A stretch of 64,000 nucleotides of DNA. It comes from Octopus sinensis (lineage: Eukaryota). The stretch lies in contig NC_042998.1 of the NCBI RefSeq assembly GCF_006345805.1, forward strand, positions 38,130,001 through 38,194,000, written 5' to 3'. The notes under the pieces are model-generated. The model did not search any database, was not told the DNA's origin, and worked only from the letters and a program-made list of their open reading frames with translations. Within the stretch, counting starts at the first letter, position 1. Each line of letters starts with the position of its first letter. Positions 11,509 through 23,448 of the stretch are shown here, piece after piece. The position numbers and the translations under genes were made by a program.

Positions 11509-11693
11509 ACAAAATAAGGGCAAAAGAAAAATTCTAATGCCAAATATGCCGAAAAAAAAGACAAAATTGTCAATAACCATTATAATTTATGCGTCTCGAA
11601 ACGCATAAATTATAATGGTTATTGACAATTTCGTCTTTTTTTTCGGCATATTTGGCATTAGAATTTTTCTTTTGGCCTTATTTTGTAAATTAT
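11502..11693. repeat. near-perfect 192-bp palindrome
   Basis: About 96-bp arms, 3 mismatches, centred on c-tcga-a (11595-11600). Confidence 0.95.
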
Positions 11694-11983
11694 TTATAAA
11701 TTTAACCGTTAAAGGTATTTTTTGATATGCTGGCTATTGTTAAAATTTTTTCTCGAAAAAAATTTTATCCTACATTAGTTATATATATATATATGAAAAT
11801 TGAATTTAAAGTTAAAGAATTAAGGTTTAGAAAGCAGGTATTAAATGTAGCATCCAAACCCCTTTTCAGTGTAAGTCCCGTGTAGCATGTACATATTCCC
11901 CATTTATGGCTATCAGGTGTCATCAGCAATACTTTGAATTCATCGTTGGATCTAGGTTCAAAAATTCCAGGATTCACGTCGGG

Positions 11984-12262
11984 TATATTTTAAAGAGTAA
12001 TGGAGAGACGGTGTATATGAAAATGCATATAATATCACAACAATTGTTTCGGCTTCAAGTCGCACTGCCCCCGAGTGGGAGTGGAACGATGCAATAACAT
12101 CAGATGCAATGCACAGTACGAAAGAGCCTCTTTTGCAGTGTGCGTTGCATCTGGTGTTATTGGATCGTTTCATGCCCACTAGGGGGCAGTGCAACTTGAA
12201 GCCGAAACAATTGTTGTGATAATAAAAGCTTTTTCGTGTACTCCATCTTTTCCATTAACCTT

Positions 12263-12271
<9 letters not shown>
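11984..12271. repeat. about 288-bp fold-back inverted repeat (MITE-like or Penelope inverted terminal repeat)
   Basis: About 143-bp arms centred at 12127; inner arms well matched, outer arms more diverged. Confidence 0.9.
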
Positions 12272-12297
<26 letters not shown>

Positions 12298-13469
12298 TTT
12301 ATTTATTTATTCATTTATTTATTCCAAACAACGTCTGAAGGGAGTATAATGTGAGAACACACCTTTGATGCAAAGCTAATGAAGTGTTTCCCTAATGTCT
12401 AAAACCGTGAATTTTCATTTCGAATCTTTGCGTAAACTGGCGTTGCAAATAAAGATGGTACGGAAACAGCTGTAACTTATAATTAAAGATCTGTCTTCTT
12501 TTCATTGGATGCATATATGAATATAGTGTTTATCCTCACTTTAATGTGGGCATTCTCTAAGAGACGACGATACGGCAATTTTAGACCTGAGGAAGATATC
12601 TCCTCCAGCTGGTTTATTCAGTGCTCTTTCCGCACTCGATATTTATTGCAAGTGGGAGATAACTCCTGCCATCGTAGCTTCAACACCACTAGACCACGTG
12701 AATTCGATCTTATTGGATTACTTCAGCGAAGGGCACTCGTTTACCTGACATGGCACCAGTTTAACCTTGCTTGCAATATATAGAAAATATACTGTCATAC
12801 AATCACTGATTTTGTAACTAGGAAACTAATCTGTTAGAATATATCTGTTTGAGATAGAGACAGTATATGAACCACTTTAATGTCAGTGTTCTCTAACAGA
12901 TGACACCAGTGCAATTTTAACCCCTGGAAGACATCTCCTCCAACTGGTTTATATAAGTGTATGTTGAAGGAATATAAAAATAAATGAAATGCATCATGTT
13001 CTGTTTTATATAAACAATTGTAAGTAAATGAGGAAATGGGTCTCATTCGGTTTCGACGATGCAGATTCACATGTTCAATCACTCAAATTATTTGCTCATT
13101 GCACATGCTGGTAAGTGAATGAGCACACCACTCGCAGGTTTACCATTGGCATAATTCTCAAAGATCCGCCTGAAACACATCTGACAAAACTTTCCCTTTT
13201 TGTTACAGATAAAATGCCGTCTGACATATTTCTACACTGAATTTCACTCATGACGCAGAGACATACATGAGACAGCCGCCCTTGGTGACTCCCAGTGCAA
13301 TCGAAGCCAAACGTCTGTAAATTAAACGTCTTCACCATTCGGCCATGATAACAAACACGAGGCACTAACAACGAGTAGAAAAATAAAGATAAAACCGGAG
13401 ACATGAATGGAAGTAAATGTTTCTTGTGTAAAATTGGTCAGTGCTGTTATTCACGTGATAATGGTTTCA

Positions 13470-13675
13470 AATTTTTTCAGAAAACCAGCAGTTGTAGAGG
13501 AGGGATAAGTTCGATTACATTGGCCCCAGTGCTCATCTGGTACTTTATTTTATTGACCTCAAAATAATGGAAGGTAAAGTCGGGCTAGACTAAATTTGAA
13601 CTGGGGAAGTAAAAAAACTGAAAGAAATGCCGCTAAGCATTTTGCCCGACTTGCTAACGATTCTAACAGCTCCAA
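13470..13675 (-). mobile_element. diverged SINE (ggcggcgagctggcag family)
   Basis: Reverse complement of ...gttagcaagtcgggcaaaatgcttagcggcatttc... Confidence 0.65.
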
Positions 13676-14042
13676 GCAATTTTGCTCTTAGAATAGCGAT
13701 TGTTTTGTTGCTTTTCAATAGAAAGAAACTATCGTAACTGAATTAGAAGTAGAGATAAGAATTCAAGGCGGCAATGAGAGTAATTTACAAATTAACAGTA
13801 ACTATACTCATTAAATAGTAATCACCTTCATTAGGACAGGAGCATAAATGACAACTATCGGATATTTGTGGATATTTGGGAAAAGATGAGAATGAAATCC
13901 CACAGTACTTTAATTCGTAACATTATTGTCAAATAGAAAAAGTCGTGTGTATTTGAAATTCGCCGACGAATTTAGTCTTTTATAAGTCCGAAAGACGTTT
14001 TAAATGTATATACCGAAATCTATCTATTCTAACATATCTTTT

Positions 14043-14083
<41 letters not shown>

Positions 14084-14819
14084 CTATACACGCATGCACG
14101 TGATTGTATAGATATGCCACAATGATGAAGACTTTAGAAATATATTTTCTAACACCAGACACAAACCTTCACATAAAGGAACGCTCGCAACACACATACA
14201 TAACCATACACATACACATATGCATGTATGTATTAAAGCGTATGTGCTTTTATGTGTCTTTGTATTTAAGTATACATACTTATATGAACGTAAATACATA
14301 CACGCGTGTATGTGTGTATTGTAAAACACTGGAATAAAATTAATTTGCCCAGTTTTAATGAATTGCTTGTAAGCAAATTTAATATCAGTTAAGAGTTCTG
14401 TTAAAGAATTAGTATACTTGAAATAGAGTTCCTTGCATGGCTTGTATATGAAAATACACAACACTCACTCTCTGCGTAGAGAGCATTTTATATCCTCACT
14501 TATTTTCGATTTCAATTATGTTTTCTTTTACATGTAGATATCATTAAATTTCGGCATTAAAAACAGTCTTTTGTTAATTCAGATCATTTGAAGCCATATT
14601 AAATCACTTCATACGAAAATATTCCCTCATTAAAATTAATTTATAACATCATACTGTTAGCCTTGAGGGCAGAGAGCAGTTCTCTACGCGCAAGTAGGTG
14701 ATAGACTTTGAGAGACATTTCTGAAGCATCGTTGAAATGAAATATATACACCAGATTCTAAAATTAATTTCCGGACTATGAGAAACCAAAGTTACTAAAG
14801 TAGGAGGGCGGGGGTTGTC

Positions 14820-14876
14820 CAAATATCCATCATCATCATCATCATCGTCGTCGTCGTCATCTTCGTCGTTGTCATC

Positions 14877-14962
<86 letters not shown>

Positions 14963-14990
14963 ATAATTATTATTATTATTATTATTGTTA

Positions 14991-15022
<32 letters not shown>

Positions 15023-15054
15023 GTTATTATTATTACTATTATTATTATCATTAA

Positions 15055-15085
<31 letters not shown>

Positions 15086-15090
15086 GTTAT
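14820..15090. repeat. (CAT)n/(TAT)n array
   Basis: Direct reading. Confidence 0.95.
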
Positions 15091-16412
15091 CGCTTTACTT
15101 CTCAAAACTATCGGTCTTGTTTGTTCTGGTAGATTGTGTGAGACCGGATGGCAACCTGCTGTCAGAGGTCTAACAGGATTTGATACTTGCTTGTTAATTA
15201 TTGTGGGAGACATTCAACACTCAAGTTCCAATCTCAAAATCCTAGCTGTCCGCAGCAGAGAAGTTTTGGGGGCTTGCTCTGCTCTCATGTCAATTCCGAA
15301 TTATCTTATTAGTGCTCCGAGTGCCCCTACAACTACTGGAATGACATACAATCTCCTCATGGTCAATATTATTGCAATTTCCTCTATTAGTAGTCTTTAC
15401 TTTTCGATCTTTTCTGGCTCTTTATCACTTATGCATGCATCTCCAAGTATTGCAACATCTATGACCTTGGTTTCCTTTCTTCCTTTATCTACCACAACAA
15501 TATCTGGTCTCCGAGCCTCGATTAGGGAGTCACATTGGATTGTAAAATCCCACAGTATCTTATGTTCTTTGATTTCGGTGACTCCTTCTGGTTCATGTTC
15601 GTACCATTTCCGTGCATTGTTCCAGCTGTATTTTTCCCATAGTCTCCAATGGACGAACTTAGCCATGTTATCGTGCAACCTTTTGTTGTGCCATTGGGTC
15701 AGCTTGCTAAACTCACTCACAATATGTGAGATTGTCTCGTTTCTTATGTCACGCATCCTACAAAGGACTGATTCGCTATTCTTATCTATTTGGAACTTGG
15801 TGTAATTAGTTCTCAGAGCTTGTTCTTGGGCGCTGCTTATCAGTGCCTCAGTACATCCTTTCAGATCACCTTTTCTTAGCCATCGCCATGTGTTGATCTT
15901 GTCTTTTCCTTCGTTTTTCTTTTTGTCAGAGCTATTGCCCATGCTGTGGTTTCATTGTCCAGTTGTTTACTCTTTCTGCGTCATCTTGTTTCTTAAATGT
16001 TTGTGGGAAGCAATGATTCACTCTCTTGTTTGATGTACCATCCAAGGCTGTTCTCCTCGTTGACAACACAGACATTGAGGCCTCTTCCTCTCCTATTCCA
16101 AGGCACATACAATTTGTCAGTATCACTTTTGGGGTGTAGTTCCTTGTTAATTATCATTACTGTTCTGGTTTTCCTGCCCATCTAACAATACCTGCGCCAT
16201 ATCGCATTTAGTAAACAGCCCATGTGTTCATTGCTCTCATCTTGTTTCTCCCATTGCACCTTCTTCCCTCAATAAAATTGGTTCTTCTGAGATATTCTCG
16301 CCTAAAGCCTTCCTTCATCTCACTTTCCGTGATTTTGTTGTATTCTAAAATCCCTAGATATTTATATGCATTAGTCTCAATATCCTTGATTTTCTCGCCG
16401 TTGAGTAGCTCT
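15091..16412 (-). mobile_element. 5'-truncated Dong/R4-clade non-LTR retroelement (lineage B)
   Basis: YKYLG RT motif, HPKSDTDKLY, TWRWLRKGDLK..EALI..AQEQAL, CRM..ETISHIVSE knuckle, PDIVV..IDVAI..D..KE.EKIEK REL domain; TAA arrays on both sides. Confidence 0.9.
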
Positions 16413-16423
16413 ATTATTATTGC

Positions 16424-16475
<52 letters not shown>

Positions 16476-16553
16476 GTTGTTGTTGGTGTTGTTGTTGTTG
16501 TTGTTGTTGTTGTTATTATTATTATTACTATTACTATTACTATTATTATTAAT

Positions 16554-16621
<68 letters not shown>

Positions 16622-16625
<4 letters not shown>

Positions 16626-17476
16626 TAGTTTTATTTTTATAACTTCACTACCGAGCGCAGCTCTGTGTGCCTTGGGTATGTGCTGTGATTTATTGTGATG
16701 CTCTGATGGTTACTGTATTGAAAGTGTTTTGCGTAGGATGTAGGCAGTGCCCAGTTGTGCAATTTCCTGTATGTTATATGTATTTGTAAGTCCTGATGTT
16801 TTTGTTATGTATTTGTCTGAATATTTTTTCTCATGCCTAATGCACCTACTATGATAGGAATTGTTTCTGTTTTTAGATTCCACATTCGAGTTACCTCTAT
16901 TTCCAGGTCTTTGTATTTTGAAAGTTTCTCCATTTCTTTTAGACACACGTTGTCATTTGCTGGTATTGATACATTAATTAGAAAACATTTTTTTCCTTCA
17001 TGATCTCTGACAACTATATCTGCTCTGTTGGCCTTTATTTCTCTATCTGTGTGTATTGGCATATCCCAGAGTATGGTTGCTTTCTCGCTTTCTGTGACCT
17101 TTTCTGGAGTGTGCTTATACCATCTTCTTTCTGTTGTTATTCCATAATGTTGGCATGGCTTCCAGTGTATGAAGGTCCCAACTCTGTCGTGTCTGTGAAT
17201 ATATTCCTTCTTAGCCAGGACTTGGCAGCCAGAGATAATATGATTTATTGTTCCTTGTCCATCTCCACATATTCTGCAGTTACTTGTTATATTTCTTTTC
17301 ATTATATGTTTCTAGTAATTTCTGGTGGGAAGGCTTTGGTCTTGTGCTGCAATTAAAAATCCCTCTGTCTCAGCTTTGAGTCCTGAGCTTCTCAACCATT
17401 GCTGGGATTTTTCTTTGTCTATTTCTTTTGCATTTAGTTTAGTCCAGTATTTGCCATGAAGGGGTTTTCTTGCCCC

Positions 17477-17477
<1 letters not shown>
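16622..17477 (-). mobile_element. 5'-truncated Dong/R4-clade element (lineage A)
   Basis: CRICG..TINHIISGC..YIHRHD; ILWD..RADIVV..INVSIP..KEMEKLSKYKDL..PIIVGALG..TAYILRKTLSIQ*; both ends abut (TAA)n. Confidence 0.9.
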
Positions 17478-17553
<76 letters not shown>

Positions 17554-17575
17554 AATAATATTATTATTATTATTA

Positions 17576-17790
17576 TTCAGTAGTTTTATTTTTATAGCGT
17601 GCTTTCACTTCACTACCGAGCGCAGCTCTGTGTGCCTTGGGTATGTGCTGTGATTTGTTGTGATGCTCTGATGGTTATTGTATGGAAAGTGTTCTGCGTA
17701 GGATGTGTTCAGTGCCTAGTAGTGCAATTTTCTGTATGTGTTTGTAAGTCCTGGTGTTTTTGTTATGTATTTGTCTGAATATTTTTTTTA
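17576..17790 (-). mobile_element. about 215-bp 3' derivative of lineage A Dong element
   Basis: Aligns to 16622-16830 and to 62328-62548. Confidence 0.9.
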
Positions 17791-17872
17791 TAAAACATAC
17801 TCGCATACAGTTATATTAACAAAGTTTGGAGTTTACCACACAGTGGTATAAACAACGATAAATAAGGTGTGC

Positions 17873-17915
<43 letters not shown>

Positions 17916-18261
17916 ATCCACATGTATTCGTGCAGCGTCATAACTGCGAAAATATTGAAGTCTTCTCTCCACCCTATCCAAAGAAAATTGGTAATGAACA
18001 AATACCAAAGTTCACTGACACAAAAGAATAGTAATTTTATTGCACTGACAAATGCTAATGTTTTGCGAGAGTGAAAAAAAGTTATATTTTAACAGTCGAA
18101 AATGTCATTTTGAATAGGTCACGTGAGACTTTTGTGAACAATATCATCTACACCTACACGGCTTTTTACAAACAAAACAAAACATTTCCAATATTTTGTC
18201 CGGAATCTGCATTTGCTGTCGTACGGAACAAGGTGTTTTCATATCTTCTATCTTGTATCTT

Positions 18262-18431
18262 TTACTTTGTTCCTTTATTAGATTGCGGCCATGCTGGGGC
18301 ACCGCCTTGAGAATTTTAGTCGAACGAATCGACTCAGGTACTTCTGCTTTTAAAGCCCGGGACATATTCTATCGGCAAAGTTATGGAAAGCAGTGGGGGG
18401 GGGGCAAAACAGACACAAAGTCACACACACA

Positions 18432-18480
<49 letters not shown>

Positions 18481-18628
18481 GGCAGGCTTCTTTCAGTTTC
18501 CGTCAACCATATCCACCCACAAGGCTTTAGTCGGCAAGAGGCTATCGTAGAAGGCATTTACCGATGGTGGTACAGAGTGGCACTGAACCCGGAACCATGT
18601 GGTTGGGAATCAGATTTCTTACCACACC
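18262..18628 (-). mobile_element. near full-length tRNA-derived SINE
   Basis: Head ...actgaacccggaaccatgtggttggg (reverse complement), internal (TA)n, tail gcggccatgctggggcaccgcc. Confidence 0.85.
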
Positions 18629-19009
18629 CATATAAGTATCTTTTTTTCCTTTTTGCTTTTGGAAAAGATGTGAGGAAGACGGGTTTTGTGAAATAATGTT
18701 TTGGGGACAACTGCCTACAGAAATAAACAAAGAATAAGTTACCTGATTCTGACTTTGAAGGGTTCCGAAATGTCCTCAAAAGGACAGCTGAAGAACACCT
18801 TTTAAAATATATGTGGTGAGGAAATCATATTTGCTGAGTTGAGCAGAACATATACTGTTGTCAGCCTGCTTACGGGACCGAAAAGCAGTTGGAAATAGGC
18901 TGTGATATTGCAGACCCTGTCATGATGTTTCTACCCAAGCATTTCCGATAGAGAACTATACAAGATACCATTGCATGCTTCGTTTTCTTTTTGTTATAAA
19001 AACATATGT

Positions 19010-19110
19010 AAAAATAAAAATAAAAATAAGAAATAACTGGAAATTTTACAGGTGAGTGTGTTACCTTATAAGGCACAAAAAGAAAATGACTCTTTCCAGA
19101 CACAACATAA
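19010..19110 (+). repeat. unclassified interspersed repeat shared with 1165-1270
   Basis: aaaaataagaaataa(c/g)tggaaatttta.ggtgagtgt...ttataaggcac..aaaga.aatgact.t..ccagacaca at both loci. Confidence 0.7.
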
Positions 19111-19151
19111 TATTTCGTATTTAAATATGAAACCCGTCTTTGTTGTTTTAG

Positions 19152-19454
19152 CCCAAATTTTGTTGATAATTAGAGATGTTAAGCACTTTTAATTCCTTCG
19201 TCTTACATTCTTCTGCATTGTACGTCTCGTTGTACTATTTCTGTTCCGGAGAACCATTATCTGAAGACTTGGCGTTCTCGTTTGATGCCAAGATCGCATT
19301 AATACATGTTTGGTAAAAGAACTCAAACGATTGCTAATACAGCTTCTTGTTGATATGTCACCTATGCACTTGCTGTTGTCAAGGGCATTCGGTAAAAATT
19401 CAAGAGATTTTAAACTCTCGGAATATATCAGCCAATATCAACATACCTGATGTC
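19152..19454 (+). pseudogene. frameshifted exon: ...LEMLSTFNSFVLHSSALYVSLYYFCSGEPLSEDLAFSFDAK / RINTCLVKELKRLLIQLLVDMSPMHLLLSRAFGKNSRDFKLSEYISQYQHT*
   Basis: Acceptor tttgttgttttag|, donor tc|gtaagt; two protein-like frames; phase-1 end is compatible with the next exon at 19665. Confidence 0.5.
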
Positions 19455-19664
19455 GTAAGTACATAGTTTTTTAACCTAGATTGCTGAAATTTCTCTTCAT
19501 GTATAGAATTACGTCTAATACGAACATCGTTGTTGCAGTGACATAATTGACAATAGCCTGAAGGTGCTCTTAGCTCTTGATTTATGATTTATGGAATGCT
19601 ACTGAATATTTCAATATGTTTATGTCAAACATTAGTTATTTGTATGAGCGTTTATTTATAACAG

Positions 19665-19715
19665 AAACTGGCCACATGCTGCGTCATGTACGTTTCTATG
19701 TAAAATCAATTGAGA
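19665..19715 (+). pseudogene. 51-nt exon (phase 1-1): TGHMLRHVRFYVKSIE
   Basis: Acceptor tttatttataacag|, donor aga|gtatgt, open frame. Confidence 0.4.
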
Positions 19716-20762
19716 GTATGTAACAGCAGTAGTGAAGGAGAAAGAAGCTACTATTGAATATGTACAGACAGCCGCGTAATTATTTTAAATATATATTTCG
19801 TAGCTTCATGCTATATTTCAGAATTAATACTCTGAAGTATGTAAAGAAAATTGTGTGCTTAATATTTGGTTTCAAAATTATCTAAATTGCTCTCTTAACA
19901 CTAAATGTCTATAATCCGTTTTGGTGAGTTAGATATATGAACAGCTAGAGAACAACATTGTTTCGATCCAATAAATTTCTTTTGCGCATTAAACGGAACG
20001 TCATTTAGAAAACTTAAAAATTTAGATTACATACAAATTTTCACTGTTAATAGAATGGAAGTATGCTTGAAGCTAAAGATAATAACTCATTCACATTACG
20101 TATTCTAACTGTTACTTATTTTCAGATTTCAATATATAACACAAATTATGCAAATGAATATAAAAGTAATTGAGAATAAATATATAATTTAATATATAAC
20201 CTATATACTAAAAAATATAGCGTATATGTGTGTATATTTTGTATATATGTTTATACATATTATATTTATTATATTTATGTTCATTTTTAATATTTACGAT
20301 GTTTCATGTAATGTAGGATTATAGCAATCTACATAAACTATTTTAAAATGTAAAACTTTCTTAATATATTTAATTGTATGTATGCTTCATTATCAATATA
20401 AAATTTGCATAACACAATTCATGAGGTACGTATTTAATAAGGAAAATCCAATAATCCAAGCAATACCGTGTCTATTCATTGACAACTTGTTCTGGCAGAT
20501 GTTAACGTAAATAGTTGATGGCTATTGCTCTTCATCGTGAGAAAACTATTCTGAGAGACTGCAGCTTTTCGACCTTATTGTGCCTCTCCTAGATGTTTCT
20601 GTGAACTTTATGAACGAAATACAGTCACAAAGTCACACCAATGAATCATGTTTGTTATGAAGCCACATTAAATTATTTCTAAATTCTTAAAAAGACTGAT
20701 CTGATATTCCCGTTCGAATTTATTTACTAATTTCTATAAACAAAACTCTAAACTCTTCTTAG

Positions 20763-20890
20763 ATCCATCAGTTCATTGATGTAGCTTTAAGAGAGGCCAC
20801 ATTCTCTGATGACGGGCAAACACTACTATGAGATATTCATGTTCGAATCGACCAGAAACTAATAGAACTTTTTTTTTAAATAAGCTTTTT
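20763..20890 (+). pseudogene. exon with one in-frame TGA: IHQFIDVALREATFSDDGQTLL*DIHVRIDQKLIELFFLNKLF, 3' end replaced by a CR1
   Basis: Acceptor ctctaaactcttcttag|; TGA at 20829 is consistent with CGA CpG decay; CR1 begins at about 20891. Confidence 0.5.
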
Positions 20891-22625
20891 ACATCAATAT
20901 AAAGGAAGGCGATGTAATAAAGGCTATAGATGAAATGAAAACAAACTCAGCTGCTGGCCCCGATGGATTCCCAGCAATCCTTCTAAAAGTATGTAAGAGA
21001 GTCCTAGCAAGACCACTGCAGTTCCTTTTTCAGAGATTCCTTGCAACTGGTAAACTTTCAAGAAAACTGAAGGAAGGTAAAATATGCCCTATTCATAAAG
21101 GAGGTAGCAGAGCGGAGACCATGAACTACAGACCTATCTCTCTGACCTCACAAGGTCATGGAATGAATAGTCAGAAGGAAACTAATCACCTTCCTTGAAG
21201 AAAATGACTTGCTGCCTGACACCCAACATGGTTTCCGATCAGGAAGAAGCTGCCTAACTCAGCTCCTACAACACTATGACTGGGTGCTGAAACGACTGCT
21301 CAACCACTCAAATCTGGAAGTGATATATCTCGACTTTGCAAAGGCCTTTGATAAAGTCGATCATGGAATGATATGTCACAAACTGCGTGATCTTGTCATA
21401 GTTGGAAAATTGGGAGAATGGCTTCATGACTTTCTGAAGGATAGAAGCCAGGTGGTAGTAGCCAATGGAGCCACTTCCATTAACACGCAAATAGTGAGCG
21501 GTGTTCCGCAAGGCACTGTTTTGGGACCACTACTGTTCATAATGGCCCTCTCAGACATGCCCTCAGCCACGCAGAGAGCCACAATCACAAGTTATGCAGA
21601 TGATACAAAAGTTTCACAGGCAATACAGAACCCTGAAGACACTATGCACCTGCAATGTGAGCTGGACAAAATATACAAGTGGGCTGAAAAGAATAGCATG
21701 CAGTTCAATGCTGAAAATTTTCAAGCTTTATGCTATCAGCATGCAAAACTAAATGCAATACCCAATAAATACACTTGACCTGGAGGGATTGCAATCCCAG
21801 AGGCACAATCAGTGCGAGACCTGGGTATTTACATGAGTAATGATGCAACCTTTCATGTGCATGTTGCTAAATTGGCAATGACATGTAGGCGGCTGACCGG
21901 ACGGATTCTTAGAACCTTTAGAACAAGAGACCAGGAAACCATGATGGCCTTCTGGAGGACACTTGTCCTAAGCCACTTTGACTATTGCTCTCAGCTATGG
22001 TCACCACCCAGTGTCAAGTTAATCACAGAACTTGAGGCGATCCAACGAAACTACACGAAGAAGATAGCCTCTGTGCAGCATATAAGCTACTGGGGAAGAC
22101 TCAAGAGACTAAGACTCAATTCGTTACAGCGTGGGCGAGAAAGATATGCCATAATATACATCTGGAAGATCCTAGAAGGGCTTGTCCCAAACTTTGGCAT
22201 CAAGAGTTACTCAAACACTAGAACTGGGCGCCACTGCATAGCGCCAAGAACTCCAAATTTGCCATCAAGATGTAGGACAAGATACTGTGACAGCCTGGGC
22301 TTCAGAGGCCCACAGCTCTTCAATATCCTCCCGAAAGACCTGAGAGACCTGCATGGGGAGGATGCAGATGTCATTAAAATAAAACTGGGGAGGATGCAGA
22401 TGTCTTTAAAATAAAACTGGATCTCTTCCTGTCAGGTGTCGCAGATGAACCAACTTCACGGCAGGAGGTGCAGATGAGGGCAGCTGCATCGAACTCTCTC
22501 ATGCACCAAATGGCATTTGCTGAAAAGCATTCGTGAAGTAAAATCATGTAGCAACACCAAATGGCGGTGCCCCAGCATGGCCACAGCTCGTGAGCTGAAA
22601 GCAGATAAAATAGATAAAATAAAAT
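20891..22625 (+). mobile_element. 5'-truncated CR1 LINE, reverse transcriptase with a few lesions
   Basis: AAGPDG, NYRPISLTS, QHGFRSGRSC, YLDFAKAFD, GVPQGTVLGP, YADD, RDLG, HFDYCSQLWSP; 3' tail ggcggtgccccagcatggccacag..(GATAAAATA)n. Confidence 0.97.
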
Positions 22626-23354
22626 AAATACTACATTTGTTTCATATACAGAACCATTTATATTAGTGCTTCTTATATTACCGATGCTCTAAATGTTAGA
22701 GATTAGGTGCTGATTCGGACGAACAGCTTTCATAATACAAGACAATCAAGGAAATAGGAAATGCTACAGCATACCATAAAAACATTTAAATTTTAGTGAA
22801 AATACGGAATAATGCTATATAGTAACAGGTATTAGTTTAAGCATGAAACATTTCGTAGAGTTGTTGAGGACAAATTAAAGCCTTTTAAAAGCAACGCTGT
22901 TAATTTTTTATAACATCTTTTGTTTTGTTTCTTCTTTACTATTGTTTTATGGATTTGAAGATCAGGTCAAATGCATAAATTTTACCAGCATTTTCACCTT
23001 AAACATTGCGTATATACTTCAGGAAGCATAAACCCTTGATATTTAACTTCAAAATCATTTGAAATGTTAAATTTTAGAGTTCTATTATGTAACGGTGTGA
23101 GCGACATAGTGAGCACCTTTCGTTAGATTTCATTCATGATGTAACTCACGAAATTTTATTTATGCAAAATTATGTGACTTTTATCTACTGCCGGTAAAGA
23201 CATAAGGAGTAGAGTGTACATGTGTCTCACCTTGTGCCATAATTGGCATAATTAGCTAATTACACTACATTCTTGATTAGGCAAGGGGAAACTAAACGCA
23301 GGGATACTTCACTCATCTCAGAAAAGAGAACTGATAAAAACTTATATTCCATAG

Positions 23355-23448
23355 ATTAAATGGACAAAAGTGTCCCTTGAACATGGTCAAAAGCATCGCT
23401 GGTCAAAAGCATCGTTGGCAACTTAAAACAGACATCTACTCGGAAATG
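23355..23448 (+). pseudogene. exon frameshifted by a 16-nt tandem duplication; restored frame IKWTKVSLEHGQKHRWQLKTDIYSEM
   Basis: ccatag| and |gtaaac boundaries; ggtcaaaagcatcg(c/t)t occurs twice; removing one copy gives a 78-nt phase 0-0 open exon. Confidence 0.5.

Noticed and set aside
15134-15805. 223-aa + strand ORF (longest in the track)
   Set aside because: Antisense of the Dong REL domain; likewise 17000-17356, 32438-32737, 35602-35934 and 51506-51994 are antisense to LINE coding sequence.
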